In this document: piece after piece, positions 56,663 to 64,000 of the stretch
How the letters are laid out: every line of letters begins with the position of its first letter
How positions within the stretch are numbered: position 1 is the first letter of the stretch
From: Bacilli bacterium
GTDB lineage: Bacteria; Bacillota_I; Bacilli_A; RF39; UBA660
Length of the DNA: 64,000 nucleotides
Assembly (NCBI GenBank): GCA_017477845.1
Contig: JAFUTR010000017.1
Span: 447-64,446 of the forward strand
Direction of reading: 5' to 3'
Notes under the pieces: model-generated
What the model was told of the DNA's origin: nothing
The model's database searches: none
The model's input: the letters and a program-made list of their open reading frames with translations, nothing else
Position numbers and translations under genes: made by a program

Positions 56663-56961
56663 TAAAATAAACCTGGCATCATATTAGAATACTTTGACAT
56701 TTTCTTTTCTCTTAAATCGTCAACTTTCTTAAATGCATTATTGATAGCAACCATTATCATATCTTCTAATATTTCTAAGTCATCTTTCTCTAAATTATCC
56801 TTATTTTGTATTTCTACTGAAAGTATTTCTTTTTTTCCATTTACTTTAACTTTAACAAGTGCACTTTCCCCATCGAATGTTGTTTTTTCAATCTCTTCTT
56901 CTTGTTTTTGCATATCTTTTTGTAATGATTGTGCTTGTTTCATTATTGCTTGAATATTCAT
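56662..56961 (-). CDS. ybaB: nucleoid-associated protein YbaB/EbfC
   Basis: 99 aa. MKQAQSLQKDMQK...VKVKVNGKKEILSVEI. It lies between dnaX and recR. Confidence 0.88.
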   Translation of the reverse strand: MNIQAIMKQAQSLQKDMQKQEEEIEKTTFDGESALVKVKVNGKKEILSVEIQNKDNLEKDDLEILEDMIMVAINNAFKKVDDLREKKMSKYSNMMPGLF

Positions 56962-56986
56962 TTTTTTCTCTCCTTTTTATATATAA

Positions 56987-58549
56987 TTAATCAAATAATT
57001 CCTTTGCTTTTTCTTTTAGGCTTTTTTTCTTTTGAACTTGATTATTAATTGTCTTTTCTTCTGTATATTTGAATTTTTCCTTGTTATTTTTATATTCTAG
57101 AGTATAATTCTTCCATTCTTCATCTGATATACATATAATTTTACAATCAAAATCAAATACTTTATTAATAATTTTTTCCACTTTATCTAATTCCTTATTA
57201 ATTTGATTTGCCATTCCAATTAATTTTGATACGAGAATCATATTGGAGTTGCTTGCTGCAACTGGTCTTGTATCAGATGACATCATTCTTGATAAATTTC
57301 CAAATTCTTCATCGAAGGCTAGATCCATTATTTTATTCCAGTTATTTCTTATTTTTGAAATAATATCCTTTTTTGGGTCATATAAAGTATTATTAACTCT
57401 GATTTCTTTTATATTTTCAAAATCAAATGATTTACTATTTTTATCACTGTTTAATATTTCTTCATTTTCTATTATAGCTTCTTCTTTTGTTTTAGTATTA
57501 TTATTTTTTAAAATATAATTATCTTGTTTTTTTTCATTGTCAATTATAAATTCAATTATAGATGCTTCTAAAATTATCTTAGGATTTTGTGATTTTTCCA
57601 TCATACTAACAACATTGTCTAATCTTATTATAAATGAGCAGTAAGATTTATTATATTTTTTTTCATTAATCATGCTATTTCTTACATAGTCTATAACACT
57701 ATTACAAAGATTAATCAAATCTATTCCTTCATCATAGTAACTATTTATCAAACTTAAAACTTGATCTATATTTTTGTTTTCTATATTTTGTATAAAGTTT
57801 TTAAGATCATCTTCTGAAATATTGCCAGAAATAGTTCTTATAACACTTGAATCAATTAAATTATTTGTATATGCTGAGGCTTTTTCTAGTATTCCTATAG
57901 CATCTCTTAATCCACCATTAGAATATCTGATTATTTCTTTGATTCCGGTGTCATCTATTTGAATATTTTCTTTTGCGGATATTTCCTCAAGTTTTCTTTT
58001 CATTGATTGAGAATCAATCTTTCTAAATTCGAATGTTTGGCACCTAGAAATAATTGTTAAAGGGACTTTTTGAAGTTCAGTTGTTGCTAAAATAAAAACA
58101 GCATGCTTAGGAGGTTCCTCTAATGTCTTAAGTAAGGCATTAAATGCCCCTGTTGAAAGCATATGAACCTCATCAATTATATAAACTTTATATTTTAATT
58201 CTGAAGGAACAAAAGATATTTTATTTTTTAGTTCTCTTATTTCATCAACGCCATTATTCGAGGCAGCATCTATTTCTAATATATCAACACAATTTGGATT
58301 AATAGAAGATAAACAGTTGGAGCATACTTCGCACTGAATTCCATCAGTTATTTTTTTACAATTAATTGTCCTTGACAGTATTTTTGCTATTGATGTTTTA
58401 CCTGTTCCACGTGGGCCATAAAACAAATAAGCATGTGAAATTTGATTATTATTAATTGCATTTTTTAAAATTTGTATTGTTATTTTTTGTCCCACTACAT
58501 CATTAAAATTTTTTGGTCTATATTTTCTGTATAAAGTTTGATGTTCCAT
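56987..58549 (-). CDS. dnaX: DNA polymerase III subunit gamma/tau
   Basis: LYRKYRPKNF, GPRGTGKTS, a zinc module CxxCxxC and SRCQ. The start is set at ATG 58549, after GGGGGA. Confidence 0.92.
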   Translation of the reverse strand: MEHQTLYRKYRPKNFNDVVGQKITIQILKNAINNNQISHAYLFYGPRGTGKTSIAKILSRTINCKKITDGIQCEVCSNCLSSINPNCVDILEIDAASNNGVDEIRELKNKISFVPSELKYKVYIIDEVHMLSTGAFNALLKTLEEPPKHAVFILATTELQKVPLTIISRCQTFEFRKIDSQSMKRKLEEISAKENIQIDDTGIKEIIRYSNGGLRDAIGILEKASAYTNNLIDSSVIRTISGNISEDDLKNFIQNIENKNIDQVLSLINSYYDEGIDLINLCNSVIDYVRNSMINEKKYNKSYCSFIIRLDNVVSMMEKSQNPKIILEASIIEFIIDNEKKQDNYILKNNNTKTKEEAIIENEEILNSDKNSKSFDFENIKEIRVNNTLYDPKKDIISKIRNNWNKIMDLAFDEEFGNLSRMMSSDTRPVAASNSNMILVSKLIGMANQINKELDKVEKIINKVFDFDCKIICISDEEWKNYTLEYKNNKEKFKYTEEKTINNQVQKKKSLKEKAKELFD

Positions 58550-58734
58550 ATCATCCCCCGCTTTTGATAACATATATATTATAACACATAAAGTATTATA
58601 TAAATTCTTTTTTTAATGTTTTTAATATGTAAAATTTACTATAAATCTTATTTTGTTTAGTGTAATTTAGTTCACATAAATTTAATAAACATTTTATCTT
58701 TGATATATTTTTGTCATATACTTTTTTTAAATAC

Positions 58735-58750
58735 TATTTCCTGGGAAATA
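58735..58750. other. Noc-binding-site-like palindrome 1
   Basis: In TATTTCCTGGGAAATA, the 14-bp core is 13/14 to ATTTCCCGGGAAAT. Confidence 0.55.
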
Positions 58751-58769
58751 TTTTTTCTCCGTTTTATTA

Positions 58770-58785
58770 TGTTTCACGTGAAACT
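58770..58785. other. parS-like site 1
   Basis: TGTTTCACGTGAAACT matches TGTTNCACGTGAAACA at 15/16 positions. The 14-bp core is a perfect palindrome. Confidence 0.75.
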
Positions 58786-58837
58786 TTTTTTCTTTTTCCA
58801 CTATTTTCCCTATTTTGCCTTTTATTATCTGTGTTAT

Positions 58838-58853
58838 TATTTCCTGGGAAATA
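58838..58853. other. Noc-binding-site-like palindrome 2
   Basis: TATTTCCTGGGAAATA. Confidence 0.55.
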
Positions 58854-58871
58854 TTTTTCTCCGTTTTATTA

Positions 58872-58887
58872 CGTTTCACGTGAAACT
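58872..58887. other. parS-like site 2
   Basis: CGTTTCACGTGAAACT, 14/16 to the parS consensus. The 14-bp core is perfect. Confidence 0.7.
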
Positions 58888-58942
58888 TCTTTTCCTTTTT
58901 CCACTATTTTTTCTATTTTACCTTTTTATCCTTTGGTATTAT

Positions 58943-58958
58943 TATTTCCCAGGAAATA
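58943..58958. other. Noc-binding-site-like palindrome 3 (centre flipped)
   Basis: TATTTCCCAGGAAATA, the reverse complement of the other copies. Confidence 0.55.
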
Positions 58959-58977
58959 TTTTTTCTCCTTTTTATTA

Positions 58978-58993
58978 TGTTTCACGTGAAACT
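58978..58993. other. parS-like site 3
   Basis: TGTTTCACGTGAAACT, 15/16 to the parS consensus. Confidence 0.75.
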
Positions 58994-59047
58994 TTTTTTC
59001 TTTTTCCACTTTTTTTTTCTATTTTACCTTTTGTCCTTTGGTATTAT

Positions 59048-59063
59048 TATTTCCTGGGAAATA
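59048..59063. other. Noc-binding-site-like palindrome 4
   Basis: TATTTCCTGGGAAATA. Confidence 0.55.
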
Positions 59064-59086
59064 TTTTTTCTCCGTTTTATTATGTT

Positions 59087-59551
59087 TCATTGAAGTTTTT
59101 TTCCTTTTTCCACTTTTTTATTTATTTTTTTCCTTATTAAGTAAAACTGCTTTTTTATTATCATGCTGCATGTTTTCTCAATATATTTATCATTAATTTT
59201 ATTCATTTGTATTTCAAAGTCACTATTTAATTCATTAGAAGAAGTAGCATAAATAACTTTCTTTATTCTTGAGGATTTTATAACATTTTTACACATTTCA
59301 CATGGTTCTAACGTTGTATAAATTATAACATTATCTAATCTCCAATTATTTAGTTTTCTATTTGCTTTTTCTATTGCAATGATTTCTGCATGCTTTGTCA
59401 CAATATTAGTACTATTTTTTTTATTATATCCCCTTGAAATAATTTTATTATCAAGAACCAAAACACATCCAATAGGGATTTCACCTATATCATAAGCTTT
59501 TTTAGCTTCTTTTAATGCTTTTTTCATAAAATACCTATCATCTTTTTCCAC
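59087..59551 (-). CDS. tadA: tRNA-specific adenosine deaminase
   Basis: HAEIIAI and PCEMC zinc motifs. It uses a GTG start at 59551, 7 nt after AAGGAGA. The last ~15 codons run into the decayed fourth repeat unit. Confidence 0.85.
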   Translation of the reverse strand: MEKDDRYFMKKALKEAKKAYDIGEIPIGCVLVLDNKIISRGYNKKNSTNIVTKHAEIIAIEKANRKLNNWRLDNVIIYTTLEPCEMCKNVIKSSRIKKVIYATSSNELNSDFEIQMNKINDKYIEKTCSMIIKKQFYLIRKKINKKVEKGKKLQ

Positions 59552-59576
59552 AATTATTCTCCTTTGTAAAAAAAAT

Positions 59577-59654
59577 GATGCACATAAGTACTTAATATAA
59601 CGTTAAGGCTGCTACATTCCTGTCCTGACCTGATTCCGCCGTACTTATTGCATC
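59577..59654 (-). ncRNA. ffs: small (about 78 nt) signal recognition particle RNA
   Basis: The minus strand reads GAUGCAAUAAGUAC...UCAGGUCAGGACAGGAAUGUAGCAGCC...GUACUUAUGUGCAUC. The terminal helix closes the molecule. The internal block resembles the domain IV consensus CAGGUCCGGAAGGAAGCAGCC. The promoter is TTGAAA (59684-59689), 17-bp spacer, TAAAAT (59661-59666), 7 nt before the 5' G. A U8 tract follows the 3' arm. Confidence 0.65.
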
Positions 59655-59685
59655 AATATAATTTTATAACAATCTTTTTATTTTT

Positions 59686-59716
59686 TCAATAAAAATAAGA
59701 GATTTTCTCTCTTATT
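59686..59716 (-). terminator. intrinsic terminator after gyrA
   Basis: AATAAGAGA (59694-59702) pairs with TCTCTTATT (59708-59716). It is followed on the minus strand by TTTTATTG. Confidence 0.65.
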
Positions 59717-62278
59717 TTATTGTTCATTTGTTTGATTTATTGTTTCATCTGTGTTTTCTTCCACATCTTCGCTTCCAACATTTTCTTCTTTTTCTATTAT
59801 CGCAGTAGTTGATACTTTTTGATCTTCTCTTAAACTTATTAATCTAACTCCTTGTGTGTTTCTGCTTAAAGTTGATATTTGAGATAATTCCATTCTTATA
59901 GTCATTCCACTATCAGTAATGATTATTAAATCTTCATTCTCATATACAGTTCTCAATGAAACTAATTTTCCATTTTTTTCTGTTATATTTAATGTTTTTA
60001 CTCCTTTACTTCCTCTATGTGTTAATCTATATTCATTAATTGGCGTTTTCTTTCCATAGCCTTTTTCTGTTACTATTAATACTTCTGCATTTGGTTCTAC
60101 TACTTCAGCACCAACGACATTTTCATTTTCTTCTAATTCTATTCCTTTTACTCCTGAACTTCCTCTTCCCATTATACGAACTTCTGTTTCATTAAATCTT
60201 ACTAATTTACCATTACTTGATCCTATAATTATTTCTTTATTACCATCTGTTTTTCTGACAGCAATTAATTCATCATCTTCTTTTAATACAATTGCTTTTT
60301 TACCATTCGCTCTTATATTCTCAAATTCTTCTCTTTTTGTTCTCTTTACTAATCCTTTTTTAGTAATAAATGTTAATAATGTTTGATCACTTTCTTCATT
60401 TACTGTTACAACTGATGTTATTTTTTCTTCTTTTTCTAGTGGTAATAGATTTATTATTGGTAATCCTTTTGCTTGTCTAGAAAATTCTGGAACCTCATAT
60501 CCTTTCATTCTATAAACTTTTCCATAATTACTAAACATTAATATATAATCATGAGTTTTCATCGACAAAAGTTTTTCTGGGAAATCTTCTTCATTTGTTG
60601 TCATACCTTTAATTCCAACTCCACCTCTATGCTGAGTTTTAAATGTATCATCAGGTATTCTTTTTATATATCCTTTATTTGTTAGTGCAATTAGAATATT
60701 TTCAACAGGAATTAATGATTCATCTTCTATATAATCTATAGCTGTCATATCAATTGTTGTTCTTCTATCATCATTATATTTTGCTTTTATTTCTAACATT
60801 TCTTTCTTAATTATATCTAACACTTTTTGTTCTGATGCTAAAATAGATTTCAATTCCTCTATTTCTGCTAATAATGCAGCTAGTTCAGCTTCAATCTTAT
60901 CTCTTTCCAATCCTGTTAGTCTTCTTAATCTCAATTCTAAGATTGCATCAGTTTGAACCTCACTTAGTCCAAATCTTTCCATTAGTTTCTCTTTGGCTTC
61001 AACATCAGTTTCAGCATTTCTTATAATTTTTACAACTTCGTCTATATTATCTAAAGCAATCTTATATCCTTCTAGAATATGAACTCTTTTTTCATCTTTA
61101 GCTAAATCATATTTTGTTCTTCTTATAATAACTTCCTTTTGGAAATCAATATACTTTGATATTATAGATTTTAAGCTTAGAGTTCTAGGAGTTAAACCAT
61201 CAAGCATTAAAAGAATTATCCCATACGATACTTGAAAATTTGTATGTTTATATAAGTTATTTAGTACTACTTGAGGATTTGCATCTTTTTTTAGTGTAAT
61301 TGTTATTTTTACTCCATCTTTTAAATCTGTATGATAATCTGCAATGCCTTCTATTGTCTTATTGTGAACAAGTTCTGCAACTTTGTTCTTTAATTCCATT
61401 GTGTTAACACCATATGGTACTTCAGTTATTACTATATTACTATGTGTTCCATGATCTTCAATAATTGCTCTACTTCTTAAAGTAATAGTTCCTCTTCCTG
61501 TATCGTACGCTTGTTTGATACCAGAATTTCCTAAAATTATTCCACCTGTTGGAAAATCGGGTCCTTTAATATATTGCATCAATCCTAAAGTATCTATTTC
61601 AGGATTATTAATATATGCTACACATCCATCAATTACTTCACCTAAATTATGAGGTGGTATATTAGTAGCCATACCTACAGCAATTCCCATTGCACCATTA
61701 ACAAGTACATTTGGAAATCTTCCAGGTAATACTCTTGGTTCTTTTCTTGTTACATCAAAGTTATCATCCATATCTACAGTGTCTTTTCCAATATCTCTTA
61801 ATAATTCAAGCGATATTTTTGAAAGACGAGACTCTGTGTAACGCATTGCTGCTGCTCCATCGCCTTCAATATTACCGAAGTTACCATGTCCATCTATTAA
61901 CATATATCTTTGGTTAAAATCTTGGGCCATTCTTACCATTGCTTCATAAATTGAAGAGTCCCCATGTGGATGATAGTTACCCATAACTTCACCAACTGTT
62001 TTTGCACTTTTTCTGTGTGGTTTATCAGGAGTATAACCAGATTCATACATTGACCATAAAATTCTTCTATGAACAGGTTTTAATCCATCTCTTAAATCTG
62101 GAAGCGCACGTGAGGCTATAACACTCATAGAATACTCTAAAAATGATGTTTTTACTTCATCAACGATGTTATTTTCTGCTAAACTATCTCTTTCATGGAA
62201 ATATCCACCAAAATTGTTATTATCTATTTCTACTCTTTCAAGAGATTCATCAAATTCTTCAATATTTTCGTTATCCAT
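59717..62278 (-). CDS. gyrA: DNA gyrase subunit A
   Basis: 853 aa with the active-site region AAMRYTE and a QRDR-type [11 protein letters not shown]. Confidence 0.98.
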   Translation of the reverse strand: MDNENIEEFDESLERVEIDNNNFGGYFHERDSLAENNIVDEVKTSFLEYSMSVIASRALPDLRDGLKPVHRRILWSMYESGYTPDKPHRKSAKTVGEVMGNYHPHGDSSIYEAMVRMAQDFNQRYMLIDGHGNFGNIEGDGAAAMRYTESRLSKISLELLRDIGKDTVDMDDNFDVTRKEPRVLPGRFPNVLVNGAMGIAVGMATNIPPHNLGEVIDGCVAYINNPEIDTLGLMQYIKGPDFPTGGIILGNSGIKQAYDTGRGTITLRSRAIIEDHGTHSNIVITEVPYGVNTMELKNKVAELVHNKTIEGIADYHTDLKDGVKITITLKKDANPQVVLNNLYKHTNFQVSYGIILLMLDGLTPRTLSLKSIISKYIDFQKEVIIRRTKYDLAKDEKRVHILEGYKIALDNIDEVVKIIRNAETDVEAKEKLMERFGLSEVQTDAILELRLRRLTGLERDKIEAELAALLAEIEELKSILASEQKVLDIIKKEMLEIKAKYNDDRRTTIDMTAIDYIEDESLIPVENILIALTNKGYIKRIPDDTFKTQHRGGVGIKGMTTNEEDFPEKLLSMKTHDYILMFSNYGKVYRMKGYEVPEFSRQAKGLPIINLLPLEKEEKITSVVTVNEESDQTLLTFITKKGLVKRTKREEFENIRANGKKAIVLKEDDELIAVRKTDGNKEIIIGSSNGKLVRFNETEVRIMGRGSSGVKGIELEENENVVGAEVVEPNAEVLIVTEKGYGKKTPINEYRLTHRGSKGVKTLNITEKNGKLVSLRTVYENEDLIIITDSGMTIRMELSQISTLSRNTQGVRLISLREDQKVSTTAIIEKEENVGSEDVEENTDETINQTNEQ

Positions 62279-62294
62279 TCAACTTCACTCCCTT

Positions 62295-64000
62295 CTAAAT
62301 ATCTAGATTCTGTACGTATCCAGCATTTTCTTCAATAAATTTTCTTCTTGGATCTACTTCGTCACCCATTAATTTTTCGAATATTGCATCTGCTGCTACA
62401 CAATCATCTACTGTAATTTTTCTTAAAACACGCTTTTCTATGTCCATTGTAGTTTCATTTAACTCTTCAGCATCCATTTCACCTAAACCTTTCATTCTAG
62501 CGATTTCTGCCCTATTTCTGATGTTTTCAGGTAATGAATTTAAATATTTATCAAGTTCTTGCTCATTTAGCACATATTTTCTAGTTTTTCCATGCATTAT
62601 TCTAAATAATGGAGGTTGAGCTGCATATACATGTCCTGCTTCTACAATTGGTCTAAAAAATCTATAAAATAAAGTTAATAATAGAACTCTGATATGAGAT
62701 CCATCCACGTCAGCATCGGTCATGATTACTATTTTGTCATATCTTAATTTATTTAAATCAAATTCTTCGCCAATCCCTGTACCGAAAGCAGTAATAATTG
62801 TTCTAATTTCTTCGTTAGAAAGAGCTCTATCTAATCTTGCTTTTTCAACATTTAATATTTTTCCTCTTAATGGAAGAATAGCTTGTGTCATTGAATCTCT
62901 TCCTTTTTTTGCTGATCCACCAGCTGAATCTCCCTCGACTATAAATATTTCTGATACTTTAGGGTCTTTACTCTTACAATCAGATAATTTACCAAAGAAA
63001 TTTGTTGTGGCAAGGTCACTTTTTCTTGTAATTTCCCTTGCTTTTCTTGCTGCATTTCTTGCACGACATGCTAGCATTGCCTTATTAACAATAGCTCTTG
63101 CATCATCTGGGTTTTCAAGTAAAAATCTTTCAAATCCTTGTGAAAATACGCTATCAGCAAGTTTTCTTACTTCTGAATTTCCTAAACGACCTTTTGTTTG
63201 CCCTTCGAATTGAGGATTTGGATGTTTACAAGATACAATCATTGTTAATCCTTCTTTTACATCATCTCCAGTAAGTGCTTCGTCTTTCTCTTTTAAAATA
63301 TTATTTTTTCTAGCATAATTATTTATTACTCTTGTTAAAGCACGTCTTACTCCTTCTTCATGAGTTCCTCCATCATGTGTATTAATGTTATTAACAAATG
63401 AATAAATGTTTTCATTATATCCTGTGTTATATTGCATTGCAACTTCAAAGAATACTCCATCTTCTTCACCTTCTAAGTGAATAATATCATCATGTACTGG
63501 TGTTTTTCCTGAATTAATAAATCTAACATATTCACTAATACCACCTTCGTACATAAAAGTTTCTCCAGTTGTATCTTCATCATCTCTATCATCTCTTAAA
63601 TTTATAGATAGTCCTTTATTTAAAAATGCTAATTCTCTGATTCTAACCATCAACGTATTATAATCATAAATATCTGAGTCAAATATTTCAGGATCAGGTT
63701 TAAAAGTGACTGTTGTTCCTGTTCTATTTTCTTCACAATCCCCTATTTCTTTTAATGGTTCTACAGTATGACCTCCATTTTCAAATTTTATATAATATAC
63801 TTTTCCATTTTTATATACCTTGACTTCTAACCATTTTGATAGAGCATTTACAACTGACGCTCCAACACCATGTAATCCTCCTGATACTTTGTAACCTCCT
63901 CCTCCAAATTTTCCACCAGCATGAAGTACTGTATAAACTGTTTCAACAGTTGATTTTTTTGTTTTTGGATGTATATCAACAGGTATTCCTCTACCATTAT
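62295..64000 (-). CDS. gyrB: DNA gyrase subunit B (N-terminus outside window)
   Basis: The track ORF 62295..63653 starts at an internal Met. My translation shows the frame stays open to the window edge (..[54 protein letters not shown]..). Toprim motifs EGDSAGG and [10 protein letters not shown] are present. Confidence 0.96.
   Translation of the reverse strand, partial: NGRGIPVDIHPKTKKSTVETVYTVLHAGGKFGGGGYKVSGGLHGVGASVVNALSKWLEVKVYKNGKVYYIKFENGGHTVEPLKEIGDCEENRTGTTVTFKPDPEIFDSDIYDYNTLMVRIRELAFLNKGLSINLRDDRDDEDTTGETFMYEGGISEYVRFINSGKTPVHDDIIHLEGEEDGVFFEVAMQYNTGYNENIYSFVNNINTHDGGTHEEGVRRALTRVINNYARKNNILKEKDEALTGDDVKEGLTMIVSCKHPNPQFEGQTKGRLGNSEVRKLADSVFSQGFERFLLENPDDARAIVNKAMLACRARNAARKAREITRKSDLATTNFFGKLSDCKSKDPKVSEIFIVEGDSAGGSAKKGRDSMTQAILPLRGKILNVEKARLDRALSNEEIRTIITAFGTGIGEEFDLNKLRYDKIVIMTDADVDGSHIRVLLLTLFYRFFRPIVEAGHVYAAQPPLFRIMHGKTRKYVLNEQELDKYLNSLPENIRNRAEIARMKGLGEMDAEELNETTMDIEKRVLRKITVDDCVAADAIFEKLMGDEVDPRRKFIEENAGYVQNLDI

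Larger units (their letters stand above)
58735..59140. repeat. tandem array of four ~102-106-bp units, each with an NBS-like and a parS-like palindrome
   Basis: Units start at 58735, 58838, 58943 and 59048. They share blocks TATTTCCTGGGAAATATTTTTTCTCCGTTTTATTATGTTTCACGTGAAACTTTTTTTCTTTTTCCAC.... Confidence 0.9.

Noticed and set aside
58735-58750. Reading palindrome A as a CodY box (AATTTTCWGAAAATT).
   Set aside because: The palindrome has 16-bp symmetry with TTTCC/GGAAA arms. The fit to the 15-bp CodY consensus is clearly worse than the 13/14 fit to the Noc-site core. It is kept only as an alternative to test.
58791-59112. TTTTTCCAC in each repeat unit read as DnaA boxes, with the array as oriC.
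   Set aside because: The match to TTATCCACA is only about 7/9, which is easily reached by chance in such AT-rich DNA. oriC is expected beside dnaA, beyond gyrB to the right of the window.
58700-59140. Track ORFs 58700..59140(+) and 58711..58989(+) lying inside the tandem repeat.
   Set aside because: Their peptides are Phe/Leu/Tyr-rich and periodic, and simply mirror the ~105-bp DNA repeat. They have no RBS and run opposite to all flanking genes. I treat them as artefacts of the repeat.
58735-59140. CRISPR-array interpretation of the tadA-dnaX repeats.
   Set aside because: The whole ~105-bp unit repeats, so there are no unique spacers between short repeats. No cas genes are nearby either.
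1169-63213. Many plus-strand track ORFs that lie antisense inside minus-strand genes. Examples: 1169..1597, 4873..5106, 6657..7037, 12815..13111, 16704..16955, 18517..18792, 25737..26045, 26688..26993, 29299..29568, 40572..40880, 41938..42327, 46686..47006, 54441..54866, 57243..57518 and 62722..63213.
   Set aside because: These are shadow ORFs. They are rich in Ser/Phe/Leu/Ile, as expected from the complement of AT-rich coding sequence. They lack an RBS and fully overlap genes with strong family signatures.

Overview
This is a very AT-rich chromosomal segment from an endospore-forming Firmicute, close to the replication origin. Nearly all genes lie on the minus strand, which fits oriC lying beyond the right edge. 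The backbone is the conserved origin-proximal gene set: gyrB (partial), gyrA, a minimal SRP RNA, tadA, dnaX, ybaB, recR, bofA-like, holB, ricT, pth, mfd, a T-box-controlled dut-like/metG pair, tatD, rsmA, veg, spoVG, yabP, yabQ, rplI, dnaB, rlmH, ung, argS, rpoE, prfA, prmC, spoIIR, murA, rpmE, rpiB, spoIIID, tagO-like, hpf and secA. I found no rRNA, tRNA or CRISPR array.

Two things stand out:
1. The tadA-dnaX spacer (58735-59140) holds four tandem ~105-bp units. Each unit carries a near-consensus ParB parS palindrome and a second palindrome one base away from the Bacillus Noc-binding site.
2. A ~14.2-kb island (about 2556-16728) is integrated into the 3' end of secA.
   - It is bounded by an 8-bp repeat, and a displaced orphan secA tail with its own terminator sits at the far end.
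   - It carries two paralogous tyrosine integrases, an excisionase, a MobV relaxase with a candidate oriT, and a TetR/ABC/ZIP cargo operon.
   - It also carries a MATE-(cytidylate-kinase-like) fusion and a CarD-like plus stand-alone RpoA-CTD-like pair. These last two units each sit behind a copy of the same ~130-bp promoter-plus-terminator-hairpin cassette.

All functional calls come from motif and synteny recognition by eye on the supplied translations. No database search or RNA folding was run.
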